Assembly (NCBI GenBank): GCA_002450075.1
Contig: DJYJ01000015.1
Coordinates: 2,377-66,376 of the forward strand
From: Clostridiales bacterium UBA6981
Lineage (GTDB): Bacteria > Bacillota > Clostridia > Oscillospirales > Oscillospiraceae
Reading direction: 5' to 3'
Length of the DNA stretch: 64,000 nucleotides
Part shown: positions 19,112-28,495 of the stretch, piece after piece
How positions within the stretch are numbered: the stretch's first letter is position 1
Layout: each line of letters begins with the position of its first letter
Position numbers and translations under genes: made by a program
Notes under the pieces: model-generated
What the model saw: the letters and a program-made list of their open reading frames with translations, nothing else
What the model was told of the DNA's origin: nothing
Database searches by the model: none

Positions 19112-20332
19112 ATGGTGTTTATGGATCTGCGGGACGTCCTGCGGGATATCCTCGGCGCTTACCGCGTGCAGCTGCTGCAGCTGCGGGCGGAGTGCGAGAC
19201 CCCGGAGGCACAGGCGCTGGACTTCCAGTTCCGGGGCCAGCTTTTTGAAAACTTCGACTACGGCGGTTTTGCCGCCGGGATCATGGATCTTGTGCCCGAG
19301 GAAAACGTGATCGATTATAAAGACGATTTCGGCCTGCACTATCTGGTGTTTCAGGGGCGGGATACCGAGAGCGGGTCTTTCCTGTTCTTCGGCCCCTTCC
19401 TTTACCACGAAAAGGGAGAAGCGGACTATCAGAAGATGATCCGGGCGCACGGCCTTTCAGATCAGGCCATTGACGCCATCCGCTGGTATTTCAAGCGCAT
19501 CCCCGTGGTACAGGACGTGATCGCCTGGCGGCATATGCTGACCACGCTGCTCTCCCGCTATCTTGCCAATCCGGATCTGGAGATCCGGCCCGTCCGGCAC
19601 GACCACGTGGAAGAGGCCAGAGAAAAGCCCTCCGTTTCCCTGTCCGCGATCCCCTATACCTCGATCGAGGCCCGCTATGCCACCGAGGCGAAAATGCTGG
19701 AGGCCATTCGCCAGGGAGATATCTCCGAGGCCACCTATCAGCAGAACCTCTTTATGGGCTATACCCTCGATCAGCGCAACGACGATCCGCTGCGCAACGC
19801 CAAAAACATGGTGATCAGCGTCAATACGCTCTATCGCAAGTCGGTCGAGCAGGCCGCCGTGCATCCGCTGTATCTCGACGCGATCAGCGGGCAGTTTTTA
19901 GAGGAGATCGAGAAGGCGGAAAACCTGGCGCAGGTCACGGCTCTGGTCCCCCGCATGATCCGCCACTATTGCCTGCTTGTCCAGACCTATTCCCGGGAAC
20001 GCTATTCCAGCGTGGTGCGGGACTGCCTGAACTTCGTGGACTTTCATTATATGGAGCCGCTGAGTCTGGAGGGGCTGGCCAACAAATTTGCCGTCAATAA
20101 AAACTATCTCTCCTCCCGCTTCTCCAAAGAAGTCGGCATGACGCTGACGGATTATATCAATCTTACCCGTGTGCGCCGCTCGCTGAAGCTGCTGAGCACG
20201 ACCGCCCTGTCCATGCAGGAGATCGCCGAGAACTGCGGCTTTTCCGACGCCAATTATTACACCCGTATCTTCAAAAAGATCCACGGCTCCACGCCGAATG
20301 ACTATCGCAAGTCTCTCAAGAGCACGCCGTAA
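19112..20332 (+). CDS. AraC-family transcriptional regulator
   Basis: The C-terminal double HTH (LSLEGLANKFAVNKNYLSSRFSKEVGMTLTDYINLTRV...IAENCGFSDANYYTRIFKKIHGSTPNDYR) is classic AraC. It is divergent from the ABC operon. Confidence 0.85.
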   Translation: MVFMDLRDVLRDILGAYRVQLLQLRAECETPEAQALDFQFRGQLFENFDYGGFAAGIMDLVPEENVIDYKDDFGLHYLVFQGRDTESGSFLFFGPFLYHEKGEADYQKMIRAHGLSDQAIDAIRWYFKRIPVVQDVIAWRHMLTTLLSRYLANPDLEIRPVRHDHVEEAREKPSVSLSAIPYTSIEARYATEAKMLEAIRQGDISEATYQQNLFMGYTLDQRNDDPLRNAKNMVISVNTLYRKSVEQAAVHPLYLDAISGQFLEEIEKAENLAQVTALVPRMIRHYCLLVQTYSRERYSSVVRDCLNFVDFHYMEPLSLEGLANKFAVNKNYLSSRFSKEVGMTLTDYINLTRVRRSLKLLSTTALSMQEIAENCGFSDANYYTRIFKKIHGSTPNDYRKSLKSTP

Positions 20333-20620
20333 AACGGCAGGCTGCCCGCACGGCGCTTTCCCGCGCCTTTTCTTCTCAAAAAAAGCGATCGCCGCAGAGG
20401 GGCAATAAAGAAAGACGCCTATACTGTCAGCGTTGTCTTCCCGCAGGCGCATTTTGACCTTCTGTCCGCTGCCAATCCTTTTGAAACGAAAACAGAGAAT
20501 ACAGCGATGGTTTTCAAACTATGTAAGCCAAACACGAAGTGAGAAAATCTGCCAAACGAGTCATTTGAAAACGGAACAAGGCGTGAAAACGGCAGAATTC
20601 ATAGCAAGAAGGAGGCAATT

Positions 20621-21472
20621 ATGCTTTTTCAGACAGAAGCGATCCGTCCCGGTCTGTGGCGTATCTGGGATGTGAGCCATACGGCTTTTTATCTGGTGGA
20701 AGGTCAAAACGCGGCGGCGCTGATCGACAGCGGCGTCGGCGTCGGAAGTGTCAGGGACGTGGTCATGGGTCTCACCGACAAGCCGGTGAGCGTATGGATC
20801 ACGCACGGCCATGTGGACCATGCCATGGGGGCATCGGAGTTTGACGAGATCCATATGGATCCGGCAGATCTGCCGGTGTTCGCGGCCCATTCCGACATGA
20901 CGATGCGGCAGGGCTACGTGGCAGGCGCAGCCATGGCAGGCGCGGATCCCACAGCCGTCGCCGGAGTCAGAGCAACGGATTTTCTCCCACCGCCGGAAGC
21001 GGAGCGCTTGCTTCCGCTCTCGGACGGGGAGCGAGTTGATCTCGGCGGCATTCATCTGCGCTTTTACAAGCTGGAAGGACACACGCCGGGCAGCATGACG
21101 GTCCTGCTGGAGGAGTGGCGGATCCTGATTCTGGGCGATGCCTGCAACGCCTTTACCTATCTTTTTGATCCCTCATGCCCCACGGTGAAGCAGTATCGGG
21201 AGAACCTGCTGCGCTTCCGGGAGCGGACGGACGGCAGCTATGACCTGCTGCTGTTCAGCCATGGGACGGGAGAAGGGGACGCCGCCATGATTGGAAACGT
21301 CATCCGGGTCTGTGAGGATGTTCTTGCCGGTCATTCTGACGCGGTGCCCTTCCGCGGTCCCTTTGGCGACAGCGCTGTGATTGCAAAGGAAATGGACTTC
21401 GTGCGCTTCTGCCGGGTCGACGGCGGGGAGGGGAATATCGTCTACAACACAGGAAAAGTCAGAAATAACTGA
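20621..21472 (+). CDS. MBL-fold metallo-hydrolase
   Basis: AGGAGG RBS. ITHGHVDH (HxHxDH) zinc-binding motif. Confidence 0.75.
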   Translation: MLFQTEAIRPGLWRIWDVSHTAFYLVEGQNAAALIDSGVGVGSVRDVVMGLTDKPVSVWITHGHVDHAMGASEFDEIHMDPADLPVFAAHSDMTMRQGYVAGAAMAGADPTAVAGVRATDFLPPPEAERLLPLSDGERVDLGGIHLRFYKLEGHTPGSMTVLLEEWRILILGDACNAFTYLFDPSCPTVKQYRENLLRFRERTDGSYDLLLFSHGTGEGDAAMIGNVIRVCEDVLAGHSDAVPFRGPFGDSAVIAKEMDFVRFCRVDGGEGNIVYNTGKVRNN

Positions 21473-21476
21473 AAAC

Positions 21477-21535
21477 GCCGGATGGGGACGAGGGAATACT
21501 ATTTCCCGCTTCCCCATCCGGCTGCTTTCTTTTCC
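21477..21535 (+). terminator. intrinsic terminator
   Basis: GCCGGATGGGGA ... TCCCCATCCGGC 12-bp stem followed by a TGCTTTCTTTTCC run, 5 nt after the MBL stop. Confidence 0.8.
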
Positions 21536-21685
21536 GCTTTCTGCCGCGGCAAGGCGGGCGGCTCTCTCCCCTTTCGGCGCGGATTTTTCAGATTCTTAAG
21601 GCCGTTTTTTCGTTGACACGGAAATGCGAATATGATACCCTAAAAGTTGAGATAGACTATATCGGGAGAGGTGTGAGCACAGAAA

Positions 21686-22870
21686 ATGGACGAATTATCC
21701 CGTAAGGTTTTCCATAAAGAAGAGAGCGAGCTGACCGAATACGAGCGCATGATGCTCGGCATCATGGCGGAAAAGCAGGCGGCCGAGGGCGCCGCTGAGG
21801 AGACACCCGCCGCGGCGCCGGCTGCGGAAGGCCCGGTCGAAGCTCCTGCCGCCGCGGAGGAAACGCCCGCCGAGGCCGAGGAGCCTGCTCCCGTCGAAGA
21901 GGCACCCCAAGACGAGCCTGCGACTGAGGAAGCGTCTGCTGAGGAGCCGTCAGCTGAGGAAGCGCCCGCTGACGAGCTGACAGCCGAGGAAGCTCCCGTC
22001 GCGGAGAGCGCCGCGGAAGAACCGGTCGCGGAGGCCGTTTCCGCGGATGAGCCGGACGACAGCGACGTGAAGATCGCCGGAGAAGAGCCCGTTCAGCCGA
22101 AGAGCGAGCGGATCCCCCTGCTGACCGAGGAGAAGAACCCGGAGCTTGAGCCGGTCGTCCTCACACGGCCGACGATCCAGTTCAAGAACAGCATCGAGCG
22201 TGAAAAGAAGATCACCCGCAAGGTGCAGCGGCACCGCCGCCGTTCCGGTCTTGTGGTGCTCGGGCTGTGTGTGGCGCTGATCTTTGTGGCGTTCCTCTAT
22301 AACGGCATCTTCAACAAGTCCTGGGGTCTCCTGGAAAAGGAAGAGCCCACGCCTGTGCCGGAGGAGCTGATCGCGGCGGAGACAGGCGAAGAAGCCCAGC
22401 TGCAGGAGCCCGAGCCGACGCCCGAGCCCACGCCCGAGCCGCCTCCCGAGCACCGCTATGCGGTCGAGCGGGCGGATATAAGCTGGATCGGCGCGCAGGA
22501 TCTGTGTCTCGCGAGCGGCGGCTATCTCGCCGTTATCAACGACATGGATGAATTCAACCGCATTACGGCGCTGGCCGACGAGCAGGGCATCGAGGCGCTG
22601 TGGGTCGGCTGTCACCGCGACGTGAACAGCAACACGATGGTATGGGAGCACGGCGAGACGGTAGACAAGGCCGTTGATCCCGACGAGCGGCAGATGTCGC
22701 TGTGGGCAGCCGGCGAGCCCTCGTTCATCGACGATGAAGGCACCGACGAGGATTATCTCCTGCTTTGGAACCACGACGGCGGCTGGCGGTATTGGGACAG
22801 CATCGGCGATCTGACCATTTACTTCGGCTGGCGCGGCAGGATCGGCTATGTCTGCGAATTTGACAGCTGA
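21686..22870 (+). CDS. single-pass membrane protein with acidic Ala/Glu/Pro-rich N-terminal region and C-terminal C-type lectin-like domain
   Basis: TM segment LVVLGLCVALIFVAFLY. The C-terminus ISWIGAQDLCLASGGYLAVINDMDEFNRI...ALWVGCHRD...WAAGEPS...DYLLLW...WRYWDS...GYVCEF follows the CTLD pattern (W-x-A-x-x-C, WIGL-like, W-x-x-GEP, W-x-D, final C-E-F). Confidence 0.65.
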   Translation: MDELSRKVFHKEESELTEYERMMLGIMAEKQAAEGAAEETPAAAPAAEGPVEAPAAAEETPAEAEEPAPVEEAPQDEPATEEASAEEPSAEEAPADELTAEEAPVAESAAEEPVAEAVSADEPDDSDVKIAGEEPVQPKSERIPLLTEEKNPELEPVVLTRPTIQFKNSIEREKKITRKVQRHRRRSGLVVLGLCVALIFVAFLYNGIFNKSWGLLEKEEPTPVPEELIAAETGEEAQLQEPEPTPEPTPEPPPEHRYAVERADISWIGAQDLCLASGGYLAVINDMDEFNRITALADEQGIEALWVGCHRDVNSNTMVWEHGETVDKAVDPDERQMSLWAAGEPSFIDDEGTDEDYLLLWNHDGGWRYWDSIGDLTIYFGWRGRIGYVCEFDS

Positions 22871-22916
22871 ATCGAATAAGCGTTTGAAAAAGGGACTGCG
22901 TGTGCAGTCCCTTTTG

Positions 22917-23966
22917 TTATCGATAGAGATACCGCTCGTCGCGGATCGTGCCGGAGGTCGAGCGGAAGGCGCCGTTTTCAAGATAGACTACATCGAGATT
23001 CTCCGCGCCGATTTCCGTTTCAAAGGGGTTGAGCGCGTCGTTGAGGAGCGGAAGCCACTCGCCGAGGTCGACAAAGGTATAGCTCAGCCCGCCGGCCTCC
23101 GCCGGGATGTTCGGCATCGTGTAGAATGAAATGTCTTCGGCACGGCATTGGAGCGCGCAGCGCAGGAAATAGGCGACGTTGGCCGCCGTGAGATCGCTGT
23201 CTACCGTGGAAGAGACGAGCTGGACGACGCGGGCGAGATTCGGAATCGAGCCGAGAGAGATGAACTGTTTGGCCGCAGCGCGGAGGAAGTCGTGCTGAAG
23301 CGCGATCCGGTCGATGTCGCCATTTACATAATTCTTTCGGTAACGACAGAGCTGTACGCACTCCTCCCCGCTGAGGCACTGATAGCCCGCAGGGATGTGG
23401 ATATGCAGATCCTGCGCGCTGTCCTCATAGTCCATGTCGAAGGGCACGTCGAAATAGACCCCGCCCATCATCTCGATCGCGGATTTGACGGTGCTGAGGT
23501 CAACGACGGCGCAGCAGTCCGTCTCGAAGCCCGTAAGCGAACGGACCGCGCTGCGCAGCCCCTCCAGTCCGTCGCCGCCCGACGCCTTTGTCCCGGAGTA
23601 GACGCAGTTGATTTTGCGCACGCTCCAGGGTAGGTTTACATAAGTGTCTCGCGGAATGCTGACGAAGTCCATACTGCGCGCCTCGGCGTCGATCCGGCCG
23701 AGGAGGATCGTGTCGGTATTGCCGCTGACCTCGTCGACGCCGGCCAGCAGAAGCGTATACACGGTTTTTCGCCGTGTCGGTTCCTTTTGGGATACGGCAG
23801 AAGCGGCGAGAGGCTCCTGCCGGGCAGGCGTCGGATCCTCCTGCCGGAGGATGTCGGCGCCGGCAAGCGGCAGCGCGCTGCGCAGCGACACGGCCGACGA
23901 GGCGAGCAGCGCGGAGAAAAACAGCGCCGTGATACTTTTTTTGATGAATTTTCCCCTTCGTTTCAA
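22917..23966 (-). CDS. LytR-CpsA-Psr (LCP) family cell-envelope glycopolymer ligase
   Basis: TTG start preceded by AAGGAAG. N-terminal TM anchor. NTDTILLGRIDAEARSMDFVSIPRDTYV is the LCP core block. Confidence 0.8.
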   Translation of the reverse strand: MKRRGKFIKKSITALFFSALLASSAVSLRSALPLAGADILRQEDPTPARQEPLAASAVSQKEPTRRKTVYTLLLAGVDEVSGNTDTILLGRIDAEARSMDFVSIPRDTYVNLPWSVRKINCVYSGTKASGGDGLEGLRSAVRSLTGFETDCCAVVDLSTVKSAIEMMGGVYFDVPFDMDYEDSAQDLHIHIPAGYQCLSGEECVQLCRYRKNYVNGDIDRIALQHDFLRAAAKQFISLGSIPNLARVVQLVSSTVDSDLTAANVAYFLRCALQCRAEDISFYTMPNIPAEAGGLSYTFVDLGEWLPLLNDALNPFETEIGAENLDVVYLENGAFRSTSGTIRDERYLYR

Positions 23967-24045
23967 CGGATCATCTTCCTTTCGGTTTTCTTCTTATCAG
24001 TATTCCCGCTTTTTCCGAAAGATAGACGAACAGACCGTAAAATAC

Positions 24046-24080
24046 AAAAATCCGGTCCGGGAGTTCCCGGACCGGATTTT
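24046..24080. repeat. 34-35-nt palindromic hairpin (bidirectional terminator-like), copy 1 of 2 in the window
   Basis: AAAATCCGGTCCGGGAGTTCCCGGACCGGATTTT. The identical core recurs at 62931-62966, with related TGTCAAAAAA flank sequence. Confidence 0.85.
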
Positions 24081-24086
24081 CAGCTT

Positions 24087-24196
24087 GTCAAAAAAGTCAA
24101 CAGGACTTTTTTGACTGCGCTTCTCCCGCCGCACATTTTGACTGCGAATCAAAATGTGATTACCCGAAAAAAGCCTGTTGCTTCAGGCTTTTTCGG
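24087..24196. repeat. cluster of three further A/T-flanked hairpins with a repeated TTTTGACTGCG motif
   Basis: Three hairpins: GTCAAAAAAGTC/GACTTTTTTGAC (24087-24115), CACATTTTGA/TCAAAATGTG (24132-24158) and CCGAAAAAAGCCTG/CAGGCTTTTTCGG (24164-24196). TTTTGACTGCG occurs twice. Confidence 0.6.
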
Positions 24197-24662
24197 ACGG
24201 CGGGTTATTGTACTCGAGGGATTCATTTAGTTAAGGATACAAATAATCGAAACTCACGCTTACGATACTTCCAAATATGATTTGGAGGTATATCCATGAA
24301 AACGCAAAAATCCTTTTATGAGCAAAACAGCGGCACTTATACACAGGTCGGCGACGTGCGCCCAAGCGAGCGCAGCTTCAAGCGAAACAGTCAATATGCG
24401 AAAGCTCTGGATAATTGAAGAAGAGAAAGACGGGAGGACAGGATTCTCTTTATCGTGCCCTATCCCGACAGGAAAGAACAGGCGCTGCCAATCAGCCGCG
24501 ACGAAAAAGATCCCCCACTTTTGGATTCCCATACTCCGGGAATCCAAAAGTGGGGGTCTGTGTTAAACTGGGCGCTCTTCCCATGCATTACTTATGCCGC
24601 CATTAACAATCCTGTAAATCACGGCATACTCAGCGTGTTCGGCCCTGGCTGATACAGCGCGG

Positions 24663-25961
24663 TCATTGTGTAAATGTGCCATAGCCGGCAACTGCTTCCT
24701 CTATCGTTATTTCTCCCGTTCCGACAAGGTAACCGGCCAGCCTCAGCTGGATGACCGCGTCATCCGACAATCCGAAAACTTCCGGCGACAGGATCCGGGA
24801 TTCCGGAACGGTCCCCAATGCGGCGTACATGCTGTTAAAAGACAGGTCCTTCGTCGGCGATATCAGCCCCTTGTTCTGCGCCATCTCGTTGAGCTCCCGC
24901 GGCGTGATCAGAAAACGCATAAATTCGTTGGCCATGTCCAGATTTGAACTGTCTTTGTTGACAGAAAACTGCAGATTCGGCATGTCAAGGAAATATGCGC
25001 CTTCCTCCGACATGGGAACAGGGGCAAAGGTGTATGGAAAGGGCTTGGCGATAAATGCCTCAGAACGGCTCTCCCGTTTTTTTGTCCCGGAGGCGGCGTC
25101 ACCGGAGCAGAGCATCATGGGCACGTCCCCTTCAAAGAAGCGAAGGATCACGGCGTCATAGTTGTTTTCGATCTCCGCACACGCGTCAAGGTCTACGCAG
25201 CCGTCGTTCAGGAACTGCACAAGCTTCTCAAGGGCGGGCCGCATATACTCGCCGGCTGATGCGTCAAGGGCATTGAGCTTTTTCACAGCTTCTTCATCAT
25301 GCGCCACTGTTCCGCAGAAGTACGGATAAAGCGTCAAGGTAAAAAGCGAAGTCGTCTCCTGCCGGGAGAAGCCCATCATCGGGTTTTCATAGCCCTTTTC
25401 ACGAAACGCATCGCACACCGCTACCAGTTCCTGATAGGTTGCAGGAACGCTCAGACCCTCTTTTTCAAAAAGGCTGTCGTTCACCAGCATGCCGTAGGTG
25501 TTTGAGAAAACCGGGACCATCGGAAGCGTACCGTCATCCGTATTCAAAAGGATATTGCCGCGGATGCAGCCCAGATCAAGGCCTAGCGCGGGATCGGCCA
25601 AGTCTTCGGCATGATCGATGGACGCCTTATACTGCTCCCGGCCATACATCCAGGAGTAATTGACGTAGATGTCAGGGGCGTCGTTTCCGTTCAGGACCAT
25701 TCCGATCATGTTGTTATAGTCGTCAACCTTTGTAAATACCAGTTCTACATTGGGATAGTATTCGTTAAAGCGGTCAAATTCAGCCTCCAGAGCCTCAAAA
25801 TTGTTGTAGCCGCCGGCAACGCTGATATGGCAGCTGACAGAAGGATCCAGAGACGGCCGGAAGCCTTCCTCTGTCGTCGCTTCCTGCGTCTCTGAGCCGC
25901 ATGCAGCCAGACTCAGGACCATCAGCATCGCCAAAAACAAACACATCGTTTTTTTCATCAT
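24663..25961 (-). CDS. extracellular solute-binding lipoprotein (ABC SBP family 1), no cognate permease or ATPase nearby
   Basis: Start moved to ATG 25961 (MMKKTMCLFLAMLMVLSLAACGSE lipobox). It overlaps the kinase stop by 1 nt (TAATG). Confidence 0.75.
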   Translation of the reverse strand: MMKKTMCLFLAMLMVLSLAACGSETQEATTEEGFRPSLDPSVSCHISVAGGYNNFEALEAEFDRFNEYYPNVELVFTKVDDYNNMIGMVLNGNDAPDIYVNYSWMYGREQYKASIDHAEDLADPALGLDLGCIRGNILLNTDDGTLPMVPVFSNTYGMLVNDSLFEKEGLSVPATYQELVAVCDAFREKGYENPMMGFSRQETTSLFTLTLYPYFCGTVAHDEEAVKKLNALDASAGEYMRPALEKLVQFLNDGCVDLDACAEIENNYDAVILRFFEGDVPMMLCSGDAASGTKKRESRSEAFIAKPFPYTFAPVPMSEEGAYFLDMPNLQFSVNKDSSNLDMANEFMRFLITPRELNEMAQNKGLISPTKDLSFNSMYAALGTVPESRILSPEVFGLSDDAVIQLRLAGYLVGTGEITIEEAVAGYGTFTQ

Positions 25962-28495
25962 TACCTTCTCCCTTCCTTGATTCTCCGGATCTCCTTGATC
26001 ACCAGTTTGATATCGACGGGCTTTGCGATATGTCCATTCATGCCGGCATCCAGGCATTCCGTGACGTTTTCGGAAAATGCATCTGCCGTCATCGCAACAA
26101 TCGGGATGGAGGCCGCCCAGGGATCCTCCAACTTCCGGATTGCCCTGGCCGCGTCAAGCCCGTTCATCTCCGGCATCTGTATATCCATGAAGATCAGCGC
26201 ATAACTGCCCTCCGCAGCCGTGCGCATCTTATCCACACAGACTCGCCCATTTTCCGCTCGCTCGGTAGTGATCCCAAACATGGAAAGCATGGCGGAAATG
26301 ATCTCCCAGTTGATGTCGTTGTCCTCGGCAACCAGGATGTGCAGCCCCTGCAGATCGGAATAATCATCCTCCGGCTCCTGGGAAACGGACTCTTTCCCGA
26401 TCAGATCGTTGATCTTATCATAGAGCGTAGAGCGGAACAGCGGCTTGCTGACGAACCCGTTTGCACCCGCCGCTTTCGCCCGATCCTCGATGTCCGACCA
26501 GTCATAAGCGGAGATCAGCAGGATCGGGATGTTTCCGTCCACCTCCGTGCGGATCCGGCGGATCGTCTCAATGCCGTCTGTTTCTGACATTTTCCAGTCC
26601 ACGATGACTACGCCGTAATCCTGTCCGGAAAGATGTCTGTGCTTGACCATCCCGAGCGCTTCCAAGCCGGATTGCGCCGTCTCCACCGAGGCGCCAAGAG
26701 ACGCCAGAATATCGGCAGCCGTCTGAAGCAGAATCTCATCGTCATCCACGATCAGCACGTCGATAGGATCAAGCATCATGTCATCCCTCTGCCTGTCAGC
26801 TACGGGGATATCCAGTACGACGGTGAAGGTCGTCCCCTTGCCCTGCTCGCTCTGGCAGTCGATCGTGCCGCCAAGCAGATCGACCATCTGCTTTGTAATA
26901 GCCAGACCAAGGCCAGTCCCCTGAATGCTGTTGACCCGGCTGTCGACCTGACGCGAGAAGGGCTGATACATGGTCGCCATGAATTCCGGGCTCATACCGA
27001 TGCCCGTATCTGCTACAACATAGCTCAGCCGTATGCAGCCGGGTATCGTGCTCTGTTCCTCGCGCATATCTACGGTGACTCGCCCACTGGGTTCCGTGTA
27101 CTTGATGGCGTTGGAGAGGATATTGATATAAATCTGGTTCAGACGAAGCTGGTCTGTATACAGATATTCCTTTTCGATTTGATTGATATGGAATCTGAAA
27201 TCAATATTCTTCTCCTTGATCATCGGCTGTGAGATATTGACAAGGTTCTCAACCGTTTCCACAATGGAGAAGGTCAAAGGACTCAATTTCAGCTTTCCGC
27301 TTTCCACCTTCGAGATATCCAGAATGTCGTTGATCAGCGTCAGCAGATGATTGCTGGCCAGGCTGATCTTCCGAAGGCTCTCACCCGTCGACTCCACATC
27401 CCCGAGATTCTTCTCGGCAATGGTCGTAAGGCCTATGATGGCGTTCATGGGCGTGCGGATGTCGTGAGACATGGTGGAGAGAAAATCGGTTTTCGCTTTG
27501 CTTGCGGATTCAGCCTCCCTTGCTGCGGCCTGAAATCGTTTGTTCAAGTGAAGCATATAGTGCAGATCAAGCAGGAAAAGAATCAGCAGCCCGGCAGAAA
27601 CGACTCCTACCAGCAGCCAGTTTTCCGCATCCACATGGAGATCCTTTGCCGGCACGAAACCCAGCAGCGTCCAACCGGCCGTGGCCGAGACGGGGGTAAA
27701 GGCGAGGACGCACTCCTGCCCGTGCGAGTTGAGCATCGAAACGGAGCCTGTCGACGAGGTGATCCTGTCGAACAGCCTGCCCGCTGATTCAGGGTCTGTT
27801 GGATTATATGATTTGTAGAACTCAAAGAAACTGGAGTTCTTAAAGCTGTGTCCTTTCAGAATATAATCCCCGTTGGCATCGATCATGGACAGCTCGGCGT
27901 TCACCAGTTCCGTCTGTGGGAAAACCCATTTCTGTTCCAGCTCCGAGATAGGAATAACCCGCAGCAGAACAGCAGCCTCGGAAGAATCACTTTCCGGATC
28001 ATACAGCGTAACACGGTTGCAGAAAGCAAGGGATTGCTCGCCGTTCATCGGATTGGTGTACGCGCGGGTGATGTTGATCGACTCTCCGATTTCCTTGATC
28101 CAATCCACGTTCTCCAGGAGAGCGATCTGCTTATAGGAAACAGCATAGTCGTCAGCCGTTCCCTGCTTCGGGCGCGTGGAGAGACCCGAGGAGGTATCGA
28201 GAGAAATCAGATGTGCCGAGGCGTTCTCGAGTACATGGGAGGCACGGATAAACGCAACCGCCTCTTCCATGGTCATGTGCTCGCTGTTGATATAGTGCGC
28301 CCAAACGTCGCAGATCTGCTGCTCACCTTCCAGGTAATTCTCCGTCACCTTTTCCATGGTGACCAGTGTGCTTTCAAAGTGTTCTATCTGCCTCCGGTAA
28401 GAATCGGTGTTTTCAAAGCGGGAGTAGAGAACAACGAAAATCAGCATGGCGGCTATGATAATCACGTTGACAATGATAACGAGAATCTTTTTCAT
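25961..28495 (-). CDS. hybrid sensor histidine kinase with extracytoplasmic Cache-like sensor and two receiver domains
   Basis: AGGGAG RBS before ATG 28495 (MKKILVIIV). TM, about 270 aa, then a second TM. H-box FLSTMSHDIRTPMNAIIG. N/G boxes (NAIKYT, DTGIGM, GTGLGL). Two REC domains (VLIVDDD...DWKM and ILVAEDNDIN...MDIQMP). Confidence 0.85.
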   Translation of the reverse strand: MKKILVIIVNVIIIAAMLIFVVLYSRFENTDSYRRQIEHFESTLVTMEKVTENYLEGEQQICDVWAHYINSEHMTMEEAVAFIRASHVLENASAHLISLDTSSGLSTRPKQGTADDYAVSYKQIALLENVDWIKEIGESINITRAYTNPMNGEQSLAFCNRVTLYDPESDSSEAAVLLRVIPISELEQKWVFPQTELVNAELSMIDANGDYILKGHSFKNSSFFEFYKSYNPTDPESAGRLFDRITSSTGSVSMLNSHGQECVLAFTPVSATAGWTLLGFVPAKDLHVDAENWLLVGVVSAGLLILFLLDLHYMLHLNKRFQAAAREAESASKAKTDFLSTMSHDIRTPMNAIIGLTTIAEKNLGDVESTGESLRKISLASNHLLTLINDILDISKVESGKLKLSPLTFSIVETVENLVNISQPMIKEKNIDFRFHINQIEKEYLYTDQLRLNQIYINILSNAIKYTEPSGRVTVDMREEQSTIPGCIRLSYVVADTGIGMSPEFMATMYQPFSRQVDSRVNSIQGTGLGLAITKQMVDLLGGTIDCQSEQGKGTTFTVVLDIPVADRQRDDMMLDPIDVLIVDDDEILLQTAADILASLGASVETAQSGLEALGMVKHRHLSGQDYGVVIVDWKMSETDGIETIRRIRTEVDGNIPILLISAYDWSDIEDRAKAAGANGFVSKPLFRSTLYDKINDLIGKESVSQEPEDDYSDLQGLHILVAEDNDINWEIISAMLSMFGITTERAENGRVCVDKMRTAAEGSYALIFMDIQMPEMNGLDAARAIRKLEDPWAASIPIVAMTADAFSENVTECLDAGMNGHIAKPVDIKLVIKEIRRIKEGRR

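Noticed and set aside
21770-22080. Quasi-repetitive GAGGAAGC/GCCGAGGA DNA that could be mistaken for a tandem repeat or array
   Set aside because: It is in frame within the lectin-domain gene and encodes an Ala/Glu/Pro-rich low-complexity arm. The units are irregular and there are no spacers.
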